Source: Hemiscyllium ocellatum | Taxonomy: Eukaryota | NCBI RefSeq assembly: GCF_020745735.1 | Contig: NW_026867623.1 | Coordinates: forward strand, 248,001 to 312,000 | Reading direction: 5' to 3' | DNA length: 64,000 nt | In this document: positions 38,372 through 51,869 of the stretch, piece after piece | How positions within the stretch are numbered: position 1 is the first letter of the stretch | Layout of the letters: the number at the start of each line of letters is the position of its first letter | The notes under the pieces: generated by a model | The model's input: the letters and a program-made list of their open reading frames with translations, nothing else | The model's database searches: none | What the model was told of the DNA's origin: nothing | Program-made: the position numbers and the translations under genes

Positions 38372-39465
38372 GTGGAGTGGGACAGTGAGGTAAAGTGTTC
38401 AGCCACGGGGCCGTGGGGTTGGTTGGCACGGGTGTCCCAGAGATATTCTCTGAAATGATCAGCAAGTTAGTGTCCTGCCTCCCAGATGTAGAGGAGACCA
38501 CATCAGATGGAACAGACAGTGGATGTTTGGATACGTTTCTGTGGGATGTGGAATGATCATTTGGTGCCTTGTCGGAAGTGGGGCGGATTGTGGGCGCAGG
38601 TTTTGCACTTCCTGTGGTGACAGGGGAAGGTGACAGGGATGGGGAGTGGGCTGGTGGAGGGGTATGGACCTGACGAGGGAATCAGGAAGGGAATGGTGTC
38701 TCCGGAATGCAGATAGGGTTAGGGCGGGAAATATATCCCGAGTGAAGGAGTCTGTTTGCAGGTGGTGAAAGCAGCGGAGGACGATATGATGTATGCGAGG
38801 TTGGTGAGTTGGAAGTTGAGGACCAGGAGGGCTCGCTGTTGAGATCGGAAGAATGGGGTTCAAGGGCATCGTCGACCACGTGGGAGGGGAAATTGCAGTC
38901 TTTGAAAAATGTGGTCATGTGGGATGGTTGATGGTGGAACTGGTCCTCGTGGGAGCAGGTGCGGTATAACCAGGGGAATTGACAATAAGGGATGGCATTT
39001 TTACAGGAGGTCCTGTGGGAGGAGTGTCGTCCAGGTAGCTGTGGGAGTCAGTGGGCTTGTAGTAAATGTTTAGTCGGTCACTGGAGATAGAGCTGAAGAG
39101 GACGAGGAAAGGAGGGAGGAGTCCGAGATGGTCCCTGTGAAGTTTAGGTCAGGGTGGAATTTGATGAACTGCTCAACCTCCTGGTGGGAGCATGAGGTTG
39201 CGTTGATACAGTCATCAATGTAGCGGTGGTAAAGGTGGGCAATGATACCAGTGTAGCTGTGGAAGATTAACTGTTCCACATATCTGACGAAGAGGTAGGC
39301 ATAGCTGGGGTCCATACAGGTGTCCGTGGCTACCCCTTTGGTTTGGAGGAAGTGGAAGGATTGAAAGGAAATGTAGTTGAGGTTGAGCATGTACTGCTTG
39401 AGTTGGCGTGACAGGAAGAAACGGAGGGCTCCGATGTTTGGATGTGTACAGGGCCTGGACATTCA
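38372..39465 (-). mobile_element. Penelope-like element RT / GIY-YIG remnant
   Basis: FLQTKGVATDTCMDPSYAYLFVRYVEQ...HRYIDDCI (ORF 39070-39462); FFKDCNFPSHVV; LSAFRRHHSLPDSLVRS. Confidence 0.85.
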
Positions 39466-41239
39466 GCACAAAGCTCACTGTAGGAAATGCCAGTGCTGCA
39501 ACTTTTTATAATACTTGAAACTTTGTTAAAAATATGGATTGTTAGTCATAGTTTCTGAAATAATCAAGAAATTAATTAACCGTTAGAACAAGCTCTTTCA
39601 AAGAGAGAGGATTTGCAAAGTTTGAAACCATACAATGCTGTGGTTTATTTGAATTCAATGTCGGTCAGAGTGAGATACAGCCAAAGTGATCTCTCCATAT
39701 ATTGATTCTGTTAATCGGACACACCGACATACCTGTCTGTACAAAGCTGTATTATTTGTTTAGTTGATCAAAATTTAGGAAACAGATCAAACAGAATGGA
39801 TTCGGTTGGGGAGGTGATGGATACAGAAGACAGAATCAAAACTGGGAACATTAAATCTGAAGAGAGAGTAACAAGATCAAAGACATGAAAAGGTGCATGT
39901 CGATGTGTTCTAGACGCTCGTGAATCGAATGAGCTTGTCAGATGGTCGAGAGACTCGTCCAATGATGTCCTGGAATCAGACCGTGAAACAGAGATCGCAA
40001 GGTCGATTTGCAAATGTCACTTCAATGTGATCGCTTCACGCTCCGTGTCCTGATATAGGCCACATTGGCAATTGTTTCCGCTAGATTGCATCCACTGGGT
40101 TTATTTTCTGATCGTAAGTGAGGTGTGTGGCTTGCTGTTGGCATATCGAAACAGAAAGTTGCGCGCCAGCTGAGAATGATACATCAGGCGCTACTTTCCA
40201 TATTATCAGCACAAACAGTCTTCCTACCTCTGAGGGTGAACACACACTGACAGTGTCAAGAACAAACGGACAGATTGTTATTGGTCTCAACATTGTATTC
40301 AATTCAATTCCTATTTTCGAAAATGAAACAGAAGAGACACAAGATTATTTCAACTAGAGTAAATTATCTATCAGAGAGATAGGAAGAGTTATCATCGGGT
40401 GAAAGGAGCTAAATGACAATGTGTAGTTTCACTCATAAACCTATGTTTAAAAGTAGAAAGCTTGAGGGAAGTTAATATGTAAATCTAAGAGACAGCATAC
40501 ATTAAAAGTTGGAATTGAAAGGATTAAGCAATAAAATTCAGCAGGGCTTTGGTGGAAGTGATATCATATCGGAAGTGGTTGATTCTGTTTTCCGGAGAGG
40601 CAATGAGATGTGCCATCGGGTGTAAAAAGTGGATGTGATGCTTCTTGACTTCAATCAGGTTTTTGAACAGATCTTGCATCTTCAATATGGTAAGGATTCC
40701 TGGAATCTGGTGCAGTTTGGCAAATGCATCGAAGGTTTATTTCTTGGCAGAAGGTAATGGTCGAAAATAGTTATGGTGAAGACATCTTGTGTCCAGAGAC
40801 TTACTATATGCCTTGGTGCTGGATCCTTTGATGTTTGCAGTATAGGAACGGTCTAGTCAAGAATGTAGCAATTTTGATCAGTAAGTTCAAAGATGAGGTG
40901 AAAAACGTGAGGAGGAAAGCCAGTGTGACATCGATGACCTTGCCTGTCGGAGAGAAGAATTCAAAACAGAACATTATATCCTAAAGTCTGTGAAGTAAAA
41001 CATTTTCGAGACTAACAATTTAAGCGAATATACGATGCATTGTTGAAATCTACAAAATACAAAGGATAAGTAATCTTCTGTTGTGAATATCCACATTATG
41101 GAATGGGGGTTGGAGTTATAGTCTGGAGATATTGTGGCTAGACCATTAATCCAGGAAACTGGGATCTGAGCCCGCAGTGCTACGACATCAAGTCGTGCAT
41201 TAAAGTTGATATTTAAACAACTCATTGAAAGAATAAGCT

Positions 41240-42890
41240 CCACAGACATTCCCTTGCTCTGCTTTGGAGAGCACAACACATCAGCACAAAAGTTAAGGCT
41301 GAAGCATTCACAGTAATCTTCAGCCAGAAGTGCCAATTGCCTGGTCCATATCGGCATCTTCCATTGATCACCAATGTTACAGATACCCGTCAGCAGGGAA
41401 TTCACTTCTCTCTATGTGAAATCAAGACAGTGTTGGCAGGGTGTTGGGGGTGGGGGCACTGGTTACTGCAAATGTTATGGAGCCTGTCAAAATTCTGGCA
41501 ATAATACTGATGACGTGTGCAAGCCAAGCACTCCCGGTACAGCTAAAACACTGGCATGAACAATGTGGAAAATAGGCCAGGCACGTCCTGTGCACAGAAA
41601 ATAGGTCAAACCACGCTGGCGGATTGCCGCCCCATCGGTCCATGCTCAATCATGAGTTTGGTGTAGGAAGGTGCTATCAAGCAGCACTAGCTCAGCAATA
41701 ACCTGCGCAAATGTGGGTTACGTAAGCTCATGTCTGAATTACAGAGTTGATTTAAACATGGACAAAGAACTGAATTCCAGAAATGAGGGGAGAGTGACAG
41801 TCCTTGACATTAAGGTCACATTCGACAGAGTGTGATATTATGGTGTCGTAGCAAAACTGGACTCAATGGGTATCAGGTGACAAACTCCCTGCTGCCTGCA
41901 GTCAGACTTCACACATTGGAAGATGGCTTTGCCTGTTAGAGGTTAATCGTCTCAGCCAAAGCAAATCACTGTTGGAATTCCGAAAGAAAGTGTCCTTGTC
42001 CCAATCATGTTCAGCTGCTTCAGCAATGACCTTCCCTCCATCAGAAGTTCAGAAGTGAAATCTGCATTAATTTAGCAATTTTTTGTGACTCCTCAGTCCA
42101 CATTCAAACGCAACAAAATCTGGACAATATCCAGACTTGAGCTGACAAGTGGCACATAGCATCCACAATACAAAACTGTGAGACAATGACCATTGACAAT
42201 AAGAGACAATCTAACCTAAACCCCTTGACATTCAATAGTGTTACCATCACTGAATCCCTCACCATCGACCCTCTGGGTTTTATTGTTCATTAGAAATTGA
42301 GGTGGACAATCCACATAAATACAATGGTTGTACGAGTAGGCCAGAGGCTAGCAATACGACAGTGAGTAACTGACCCTGCTGACTCGCAAAGCCAATTGAC
42401 TGTCTAAGAGACAGAGGTCAGGAGGCTTATCGCACAGCTAGCCCCTTGACTGGATAGGAGCAGCTTCAACTGCACTCAAGAATCTTGGCATTGTCCAGGA
42501 CAAAGCAACCCATTTGATCAGTAGCACATCCACAAGCGTTCATTGCGTCCACATCTGATTCTTAGTACCTGCCATTGCACTATCTAAAATACTGCACTTC
42601 AGTAACTTAGCCACTTCCTTAGACAGTACCTTCCCACGAACACTTGCATATCGAAGGACAGGAGCAGCAGATACATGGGAACAGCACCACTGTAAGCTCC
42701 TCTCTAAAACACTCGGCATCCTGACATGGAAATATTCACCGATCCTTTACTGTAATTGAGTCAAAATCTGGAATTCCCTTCCTCAGGTCATTTTGGAACA
42801 TGATATTTCAGAAAGGCAGCTGACTGCCATCTGCTGAAGGACATCCTCGGACAACTAAAAGCAACCACCATGTTCCATGAGTCAATAAAA
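41240..42890 (+). mobile_element. APE-RT LINE remnant (second family) through its 3' end
   Basis: KAEAFTVIFSQKC; LDIKVTFDRV; GIPKESVLVPIMFSCFSNDLPS; ends in caataaaataaa. Confidence 0.7.
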
Positions 42891-43208
42891 TAAACATTGA
42901 AGCTAACATGACAGTTTGAGAAAGTAGTTGAGGCGGCATGATGAGTATGTAATAAGCAATCAAAAGGTTTGGAGTAAAGTTCCAGAATCACTCCCTACCA
43001 TGGTAGCTTCAATTAATAAAAGTATATAAAATGAAAATGCTGGAGTAATGAACGATAATGACAGACCTACCAAAGATTTGAAGCATGTTACATGGTTCAG
43101 TATTGTCCTTCAGAGGAGGATATCTGACCTTCCTACCTAGCCTTCCCTACCCGTTCACCAATAAGGTGATGGTCCTTTCCTGTGTCGGACCTGACTAAGA
43201 AACCCATC

Positions 43209-43426
43209 GGGAGAAAGTGAGGACTGCAGGTGCTGGAAATCAGAGTTGGGAGTGTAGTGCTGGAAAAGCACAGCAGGTCAGGCAGCATGAGAGGAGCAGG
43301 AAAATCAATATTGCAGGCATACCCCTTCATCGGGTATCCGAATAAAGGCCTTATGCCTGAAAGTCGATTCTCCTGCTCCTCGGACGCTGCCTGACCTGCT
43401 GTACTTTTCCAGCACTACAGTCTCGA
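43209..43426. mobile_element. older fold-back Penelope-derived element (hammerhead core degenerate)
   Basis: Same one-sided tail gagaaagtgaggactgcag and inverted arms as 14928-15132; imperfect TSD gactaagaaacccat / gactgagaagccat. Confidence 0.7.
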
Positions 43427-43809
43427 CTGAGAAGCCATTTGGTTGTCATAAAGCTTCTTAAGAAAGATCAACCATAATTAGCCGAGCAAGATGGCAGGCC
43501 TTCAAAAAGGGAGCTGATGACCACCTTCTTGGGATATGTGACTAACTTTTTCATAAGTCAGTGAAGAATGCAAAAAATGTAAATTACGGTGAGTCAGGCT
43601 CTTCAGACAGAGTCCGATTCTGGTTTTAGATTGATGATTGGATGCAAAGTCTCCTGTGATGTTGCTGTGAACAGCAAGAGAGTTCTTTCCAGTATTGCAC
43701 TCCAATATTTGTTCATGATGTAATGTGTCAGATTTATTGCATTTATGTTTGTGACCGCTTTCTGTGCATTTCCAACTTTAGGATCACAGTGATGATATCA
43801 TGACACCAG

Positions 43810-44115
43810 TATTCCCAAACTCCAGTTTGATGCTGAATGGCCAGGGTTTGGAATACCATCGTTTGCCCAGGGTAAAATTTGAATTCAAAGAAAGCCTAAA
43901 ATCGGAAAGAAAGCCAAATGGTGACCATGTAACCCGAGTCAATCGAAAAAATGCAAAAACAGCGGTTCACGAATGACAAGGCATCTGCCACCTTTATATG
44001 GTCTGGCCGACATGAGATTCCAGACCGACTGGGAAGTAATTGACTGTGTTCTGAGGTGGCTTTAGCAAGCTATGCAATGGGCAATTGGAGATAGGGACTC
44101 ATTGCTGACCCTTAC
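43810..44115 (+). mobile_element. decayed tRNA-derived SINE
   Basis: aaaatttgaattcaa...ggtgaccatg...ggttcac...ggtctggccgacatgagattccagac...gggcaattggagataggg; antisense relative at ~3.5-3.7 kb. Confidence 0.45.
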
Positions 44116-45919
44116 CATTAAGTAATACGTGTAACAAAACCTCACAATTGTATCAATTAAAAGTAATTGTTGCGGCGGTTCCTGATGTCATTTCAAGTAT
44201 TTCACGTGAATATTATAAAAAGCACTTTGAGTGATGTTGCACCGCCTAAACGGACTACAATATAAATCAGTGGGACATTCAGAGTAGATCCAGTTCAACA
44301 TTAAAGTTTAATTGTAGAATTTTAAGCACTGAATTTTTAACCTAAATGCAAGTTTTAAATTGTGTTTTTCGTCCTGAAATAAATAACATCTGTTGCAATT
44401 CGTCTGCATAAATTTGTGTTCACTTCTGAAAATGATCAACATTCTCAAAATAAACGTGTTTCGATTTGAATCTTACCAACAAATCACTTATTTCATCTGG
44501 CTTTGCTGTCGTCATCACTTCCTTGAAACCAATTAAGCACTTATATAAATAAACACAGAAATAGAATTCTCAGAATAAATTACAGAACAACAAAACCCCA
44601 ATTTATATTTCCCCACAAGCACAGCACACGAATTGTGGAAAAAATGCAAATAACTCAATGGATTCCAATACTAATTGATGGTAGGACTTTTTAATACATC
44701 AGTTGTATGTTTCTTGAATGACAGAGGTATCAATTGACATGTTTAGTCAAAAATAAACATAATTAAGAGATACATTGACACAGCTAATATTTCTGTTACT
44801 CTTTTTCTCTCTTCCCCTCCTGCCTTCCCCACCCCCACCCCCCGATTTTTCTTTATATCTGGTGCCTTGTTTTGCCTCTCTACAATCGGACAATGCTTTC
44901 CGTAATAACATGAAGCCAACACCTCACCAACAGATGCTCTCTTTCAAATTCATCCAACTCTTTCGAGAGATTTGAGTCAGTACAGCCAGACTTTTTCATA
45001 AATCTGTCTGAGTGTTGAGTGATCTGGAAATGCTTGATAGGAACGAGGCTGCAAGACTTTACTGTGATCGTGTTTTCATTGTATCTCAGCAGTAATATTC
45101 TTGGCTGTGGAATGTTTAATGATTCCGTGCAATGCATATGTAGTCTATAATTAACCTTTATTGCACATCTCATGGAATGTTTAATCTTGTAGAGGTCGAT
45201 TTATTCTGTATCGACTCTGTGTTGCACCTACTCTGGGAGAGTTTTTTTTAGGGAATCCAGGCTGCAGCTCTACTCGGTGTCTAAACCAAAATATATTTGA
45301 CATGATTGCATTGGACAGCACAATATAGAGGAAGATTTACCCAGCACATGACATGATCTGTACAATCACAGAAAACATTTGATATAGCCGTGTTAAGGGG
45401 CTTGAACTCCTTCCCACTGTCTTTCTAATTTTGAAATGCTTGATACCAGAATAAAAAGGGAACAACACTCTGCATCGAAATTTTGTTATATAAGTAGATT
45501 ACAGGCACAGACATACACACACATAAGCAAATCATCTCTGAACAACTCTTGCAGTGTGTAATGGATGAGTGCTGAGAGAGCTTTAATACGCAATATGTGT
45601 CTATTCCATGCAACACATGCCGACAATGATTTTGATATGGTAGTTTAAATGTAGTTTTCATCTGTCTTTAACCTTTTCTGTGACAGCTGTGTTTGACAAA
45701 TATTCAACAGAACTGGAAGACTATAAATATAGTCACTGTATTAGAGACAGAATGCAATGCCATCAAACAGAGAGAAAGATTATTCCTGTCTTTTTTCATG
45801 ATAAGGAGGGATTGTAGCAGCTGGGCTTCAAACATGAACTGGAAGTTAATTTAAATGAGGCCTATATAATTCTGAAAAGAGTAACTTAGAGCAAAGGTCA
45901 TTGATAGGGAACCAGAAGC

Positions 45920-47270
45920 ATCCTGTTCAGCCAATGGAGTTGGGTCTTCCAAACAATGACATCATGGCTGAACTGATAATCCTCACCTCCACTTTCCAGA
46001 GTTTTAACTGTAAGCATTGATTCAATTACCAAATCAAAATCTGTCCATTTCAGCCTTCAAATACTGAATGACCCAACCTCGACAGTCTTCTGTGGAAACG
46101 AATTCCACAAATTCACTACATTTTGCGAGACAAGATTCTGTTCTGCCTGAAACTTGTGACCTCTAATTCAGAGATTCTACTCCCTGATCCGAAATTGATT
46201 CCACAAGGGGAAACAACATTTCTGCATTTACACCATCAAGTTTCCTGAAAATAAAAGATGTTTCAGAATGTCACCACTGAATCTTCTATGTTCCATTGAG
46301 TATAGGCCCAAACGACTCAACCTCTACTCTCAAGACAGTCCCTCCATCCTCAGGATCAGTTGAGTAAACCTCATGCGGATTGTCTCACATTCCAGTGTAG
46401 CTTTTCTTTGATATGAGTCCAAAGAACAATTCACAGTATTCCAGCTGTGGTAATAATAGAGTTATTTTTTCAATTTTAACAAACATTATAGTCATACAAA
46501 TAGCCCCAGCACAGATACGGACCCTTCGGTCCAACTGCACTGACCAGATATCCCAATCTGACTGAGTACACATTTGCCAGACACTTGGCCAATCTTCCTC
46601 TAAATGTTACCTGTTCATACACCCATCCAGTTGTCTTTTAAATGCAGTAATTGAACCCGCCTCCACCACTACCACTGGCAGCTGTTTCCATACATACACG
46701 TGAAAAGGTTACCCCGCAGGTTCTTTTCAAACGTTTCTCCTCTCACCTTAATCCGCTGGCCTCTTGTTTAGGACTCTCCCGCTCGAGGAAAAAGGCCTTG
46801 GCTATTCACCATATCAATGCCCGCATGATTATATACGTCTTGTTCAGGCCACTCCTACGCCTCCTTTTCTCTCAATGCAGGGAAAAGGAAAGCCCCAGCC
46901 TATTCAGCTTCACTTTATACCTTAAACACTCCAGTTCCAGCATCATTCTTGGAAATCTTTTCTACACCCTCTCAACTTTCACAAAATTCTTCATAGAAAT
47001 GGTCAGCCAGATTTGTCTGTAATAATTCTAAATGTGGCCTCACAAATGTTCTGTACAGCTGAGACATGACATCTCGACTCCTACACTTAATGTTATGACC
47101 AATGAAGGAAAGAGTGACAAACACCACCTTCTCCACGCTGTCTGCCTGCAACTCCACTTCCAAGGATCGATGCATCTGCACCCTTTGGTTTCTTTGCTCA
47201 GCAACACTACCCAAGGCCCAGCCATTAATTGTATAAGTCCTGCCCTGGTTTGCCTCACAAAACTGCAACA
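45920..47270 (-). mobile_element. two adjacent CR1 3' fragments
   Basis: LYRTFVRPHLE (ORF 46972-47271); PQLEYCELF (46385-46573); antisense 3' UTRs at ~45920 and ~46490. Confidence 0.75.
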
Positions 47271-47279
47271 CCTACAGTT

Positions 47280-48865
47280 ATTTAATGAAGCATGCGTTTA
47301 TGAAAGGCAAGTCATCTTTAACTGATTTAATGGAATTATTTGAGGTTATAACGAGTGTGGTAGACAATGGGGAACTGGTGAAAGTGGTGTATCTTATTTT
47401 CCAAAAGGAATTCAGCAAGGTGCTGCACAAAAGGCTGCTGCATAAGATAAAGATGCACAGTGTTACGGGCAATGCATTAGCATGGACAGAAGATTGATTA
47501 ACTAACAGAACGCAAAAACTGTGGATAAATGGGTGTTTTCTGGATGACAATCAGTGGCTAGTGATGTGTCTCAGGGGTCAGTGTTGAGACTGCATTTGTT
47601 TCCAAGTCAGATAGATTGCTTCGAGTTAGAGACCCAAGTGTAGTGTGAGGTAGTTCGCAGAAGACACTTAACTAAGTGATAGAGCAAAGTGTGCAGATGG
47701 AAATAGACAGGTAAAGGGAGTGGGCAAGGATCTGGCAGATGGAGTACAACGTTAGTAAACATGAGGTCATCCACTTTGGTAGGAATAATAACAAAGTGGT
47801 CGACTTTAAAATAGTGAACAATTACAGAATGTAGTTGTGCAGGTGGACCTGGGTGTTCTTGCGCATGAAACATAAAAGTATGGTTTGCAAGTTCAGTAGC
47901 TAATTAGGAAGACAAACGGAATAATGTCCTTCATTGGCAGTGGGTAGAGCTTAAAGTTAGGACTTTATGCTGCAGCTGCATCGGGCACCGGTGTGGCCAC
48001 GCCTGGAGTACTCTGTACACTTTTCATCGCCTTACATGAGATAGCACTGGGGTGGGGTTTGCTGAGGACGTTGATTACGTTGATTCTGGAAATGAGAGGG
48101 TTGCCTTATGAGAAGAGATTGAGCAGACTGGGATTGTACTCATTGGAATTTAAAAGAATGGGGGTAGGGGATTGTAAAATTATAAATGGGATAAATAAGA
48201 CAGAAGCAGGGACGCTCAAAGTTTGTGAGAAGATTTATAGCACGGGTGCTCGTTGTTGTGGTCTGTTCGCCGAGCTGGGAATTTGTGTTGCAAACGTTTC
48301 GTCCCCTGTCTAGGTGACATCCTCAGTGCATGGGAGCCTCCTGTGAAGCGCTTCTGTGATGTTTCCTCCGGCATTTATAGTGATTTGTAACTGCCACTTC
48401 TGGTTGTCAGCTGTCCGCTGCAGTGGCCAGTATATTGGGTTCAGGTCGATGTGCTTATTGATTGAATCTGTGGATGAGTGCAATGCCTCTAGGAATTCCC
48501 TGGCTGTTCTCTGTTTGGCTTGTCCTATAATCGTAGCGTTGCCCCAGTCGAACACATGTTGCTTGTCATCTGCATGTGTGGCTACTGATAATAGCTCGTC
48601 AAGCCAACGTCTTCGCCCAAAGGGTTGTGAACCTCTGGAATCCCCTGCCTAGTGAAGCAGCTGAGGATAACATGTTGAATATTTTAATGGTGAAGATATA
48701 TTTGTGAACAATAAAGGAATGTAGGGTTATAGTGAATGGGTGGGTAAGTGGAGTCTCAGTCCATTGAAAGGTGATCCACGATATTATTGAAAGGCAGAGC
48801 TGACTCATGGGGTCAGATGCCTACTCCTGATTCTATTTCGTATGTTCTGATGTTGTTATGTTCTA
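47280..48865 (+). mobile_element. CR1 RT to 3' UTR, interrupted by a Penelope-like fragment
   Basis: KHAFMKGKSSLTDLMELFE...IFQKEFSKVLHKRLL (ORF 47285-47497); LPYEKRLSRLGLYSLE; tail tatgttct. Confidence 0.85.
48216..48600 (-). mobile_element. Penelope-like element 3' end (GIY-YIG C-terminus plus pseudo-LTR with hammerhead at 48289-48330)
   Basis: FDWGNATIIGQAKQRTAREFLEALHSSTDSINKHIDLNPIY (ORF 48310-48555); UGCA-CUGAGGA-U-GUCACCU-AGAC-AGGGGAC-GAAAC-GUU-UGCA. Confidence 0.85.
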
Positions 48866-49009
48866 ACAGGCCTCCACTTCAAAAAGTAATGCTCTCTAAC
48901 TACTAAATAAAAACTGAAAGAACTGTGGATGCAGGGTATTAGAAACAAAAGCAGGAACTGCTGGAAATGCTCAGAAGGTCTGACAGAATCTCTGGCATGA
49001 AAGACTCAC

Positions 49010-50800
49010 CAGTTTATGGTTCCCTTGCTTTTCCATACAACGTTCTTCAATAATGCTGCCACATTAGTCGCTTTCCAGTCTTCTGGCATCTCATCTATGA
49101 TTATCAACGATACAAATATCTTAGCAAGGGGTCCAGGAAACTCTTCCCTAGCTTCCCACAAAATTCTGGGAAATAACTAATCAGGTCTCGAGGATTTACT
49201 TCCATTTTTCTACTTTAAGAGTTCCAACACCTCCTTTTCTGTAAAATGAACTCATTTTAAGGTCATATTATTTGTTTGCCAAGTTTCTTAGCTTCCATGC
49301 TCCTGTTTACTGTAAATATTGATGCAACACATTTGATTAGTGTCTCTTCCCTCTCCTGTGATTCCATGCATGGAAAGCCATGTTGATCTTTAAGGGCTGT
49401 ATTCTCTCCTTAGTTATTCTTTTAACCTTAAAATAATTTTAGACTCTTTTCGGATTCTCCTTAATTCTATTTGCAAAAGCAATTTCATTTCCCTATTTTT
49501 CCCTCATGATTTCCTGCTGAAGTATACTCCGACTGCCCTTACACCCTTCTGAGGATTCACTCAATCCCAACTATCTATATCTGATGAATGTCCCCTTCAT
49601 TTTCTGGACAAGAGTTGCAATTTCCCTCATCATTGAGCTTTTCTCATGCCTTGCCCTTCACACAAACAGAAACGTACCATCACTGAACTCTCATTGTCTC
49701 ATTCTTAAAGGCTTCCCACTTGTCAACTGTCCCTTTACCTGTGAATAAACTCCCCCAACCAACTTCTCAACGTCTAATACCATCGAAACTAGCCACACTC
49801 CAATTTGAAACTTTCATTTTTAAATCACTTCTGTCCTTTCTCATCATTATTCGCAAACCAATAGAATTATGATCACTTTCTCTGAAGTATGCCCCTATGG
49901 ATACCTCAGTCACTTGCCCTGCCTTGGTTCCCAACAGAAGGTCAAGTATTGCGAACTGTCGAGTAGGTGCATCCACATATTGAATAACAAAGTTTTCTTG
50001 GACACACTTAACCAATTTCTCCACATTCTAAAATATTAACTCTATCCCAAACTCTGTTCGGAAAGTTAAAAGTCCCTACCATCATCCTTTTGTTTCTGAC
50101 AGATAGCAGGGACCTCCTTTCATATTCGCTTGTAAATTTCCGACTGACTATTAGGAGGCGCATTTTATAATCCCAGCAAGGTGATCACCTCTTTCTTATT
50201 TTTAAGTTTCATCCATATAACTTCACTGGGCAGTCTCCAAGAAATATGCTCTCTGCATCCAGCTGTAATGTTCGCTCTAACTAAAAACACCACTCCACCT
50301 CCTCTCTTTCTCACCTGCCCATACATTCTATAGCATCTATATCCTGAAACATTAAGCTGCCAGTCCTGTTAATCTCTGAGCCACGTTTCTGTAATGGTAA
50401 AGATATCCTTGTCCCACATTCCCATCTATGGCCTATGTTCATCTGTCTCACATGTCAGACCTCTTGCATCGAAGTAAATGCAGTTTAGCAGTCTTAACTC
50501 GCTCTTGCCAAACTGTTGTCTGCCTTGACTCCTAGAATTGCTCACCGCATCTCACCGAAAAAAAGTTTCTTTTCTCACTATCTTGTTGGTTCCCACCATC
50601 CTCCTTACTAGTTAAAAACCTTCAGCATACTGCTAGCAAATTTCCCTACAAGAATACCGGTCCCTTTCCAATTTAAGTCCCACTTGGAGAGGTCATTTTT
50701 ATCTCTGAAGAGATCCCAATGATTGAAAAATGGGAAGCCTAACCCCTGCAGCAGCTCATCAGCCATACATTCGATGCTCTATCTGACAGTTCCTAAGCTC
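49010..50800 (-). mobile_element. CR1 ORF2 N-terminal half, decayed
   Basis: CVQENFVIQYVDAPTRQFAILDLLLG...ESDHNSI (ORF 49767-50024). Confidence 0.8.
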
Positions 50801-51869
50801 AATATTCTACCAGTTTTTAAATAAACCCCAACATGACGTTTGCCATCCTTATTGACAGTTGAAATTAAAAGCTAACTGTTTGTGGTTAGGAGAAACGGAC
50901 TCCCTGTAGATTTCTGAATTGAATCTCTATCTTGCCTGTTAAAATGCATAAGTTCACTGTTTATGTCTGTTCTCATTTATTGCATCCACATTACATTAAT
51001 ATACAAAGCTCCTTGTTCACTCTCTTGTCATATCGGTATCGCTCCGCAAACTCCTTTTTGTGTCGTACTCATCACTTGCCTCCTCTCCAATTTTTGTGTC
51101 ATTCGCAAACTTGCTTACAATATATTCACTTTCCTCATCTAAATCATCAAAATATGGTGTAAATTTTTGTGTCCCCAGAACTGATTTATGTTGTACTCCA
51201 CGGATTGACATCCTGGGTGAAATAAAACTCTTGATCAAACTTTTCTGATTGAGATTTCAAAAATCCTTTCTCCATGTTGAGTACCTCCAAAGTCAAGGCT
51301 CCTATCTTGTTCAGTAATCTTATGCGTGGGTGCTATCAATCACCTTCAGAATATCCAAACATATTACAATCTCGGTTTCCTCAATTTTCTCAAAGAATTC
51401 CAATACTTTTCTCACACATGATTTCCATTTTGCAAAGCTATTGTTAGTGTTCTGCTGTAGTATCCTTTTTTTAAAGAGTTCACCATTTTTTCAATAAATG
51501 ATGTTAAACTAAGTAGACTCAGTCAATCTTTTTTTTGCCTTAACTTGTTTTGAGTGAAGGTGTTGGTTGAATGATCTACGGTCAGCCATCACTTCCACCT
51601 GATGGAGAAGCACTGTCATTGCATCTACTGTGAAAATCTCAACAAAACGTATCTGATGTTCAGCTATTGAGAAAGCAATTCCACAAATGTTCTAGCTCAT
51701 CACCTTCTGCTGGCGTTCCCAGATTTTACGAAGCAACTCATTGAAAATCGACAAGGCTAATTAGCATCAAACCAAGATCAATATTTGAGGGAAAATATCT
51801 CAATTCCTGGTCACAAATTTTTGTTTATCTCTTTTTAGGACGTAGGCTTCAACAATGTGGAGTCTGTGT

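Noticed and set aside
44928-45023. Open 96-nt minus-strand exon-like segment (ITQHSDRFMKKSGCTDSNLSKELDEFEREHLL)
   Set aside because: No partner exons found; KELDEF resembles the CR1 ORF2 C-terminus, so it is likely repeat debris.
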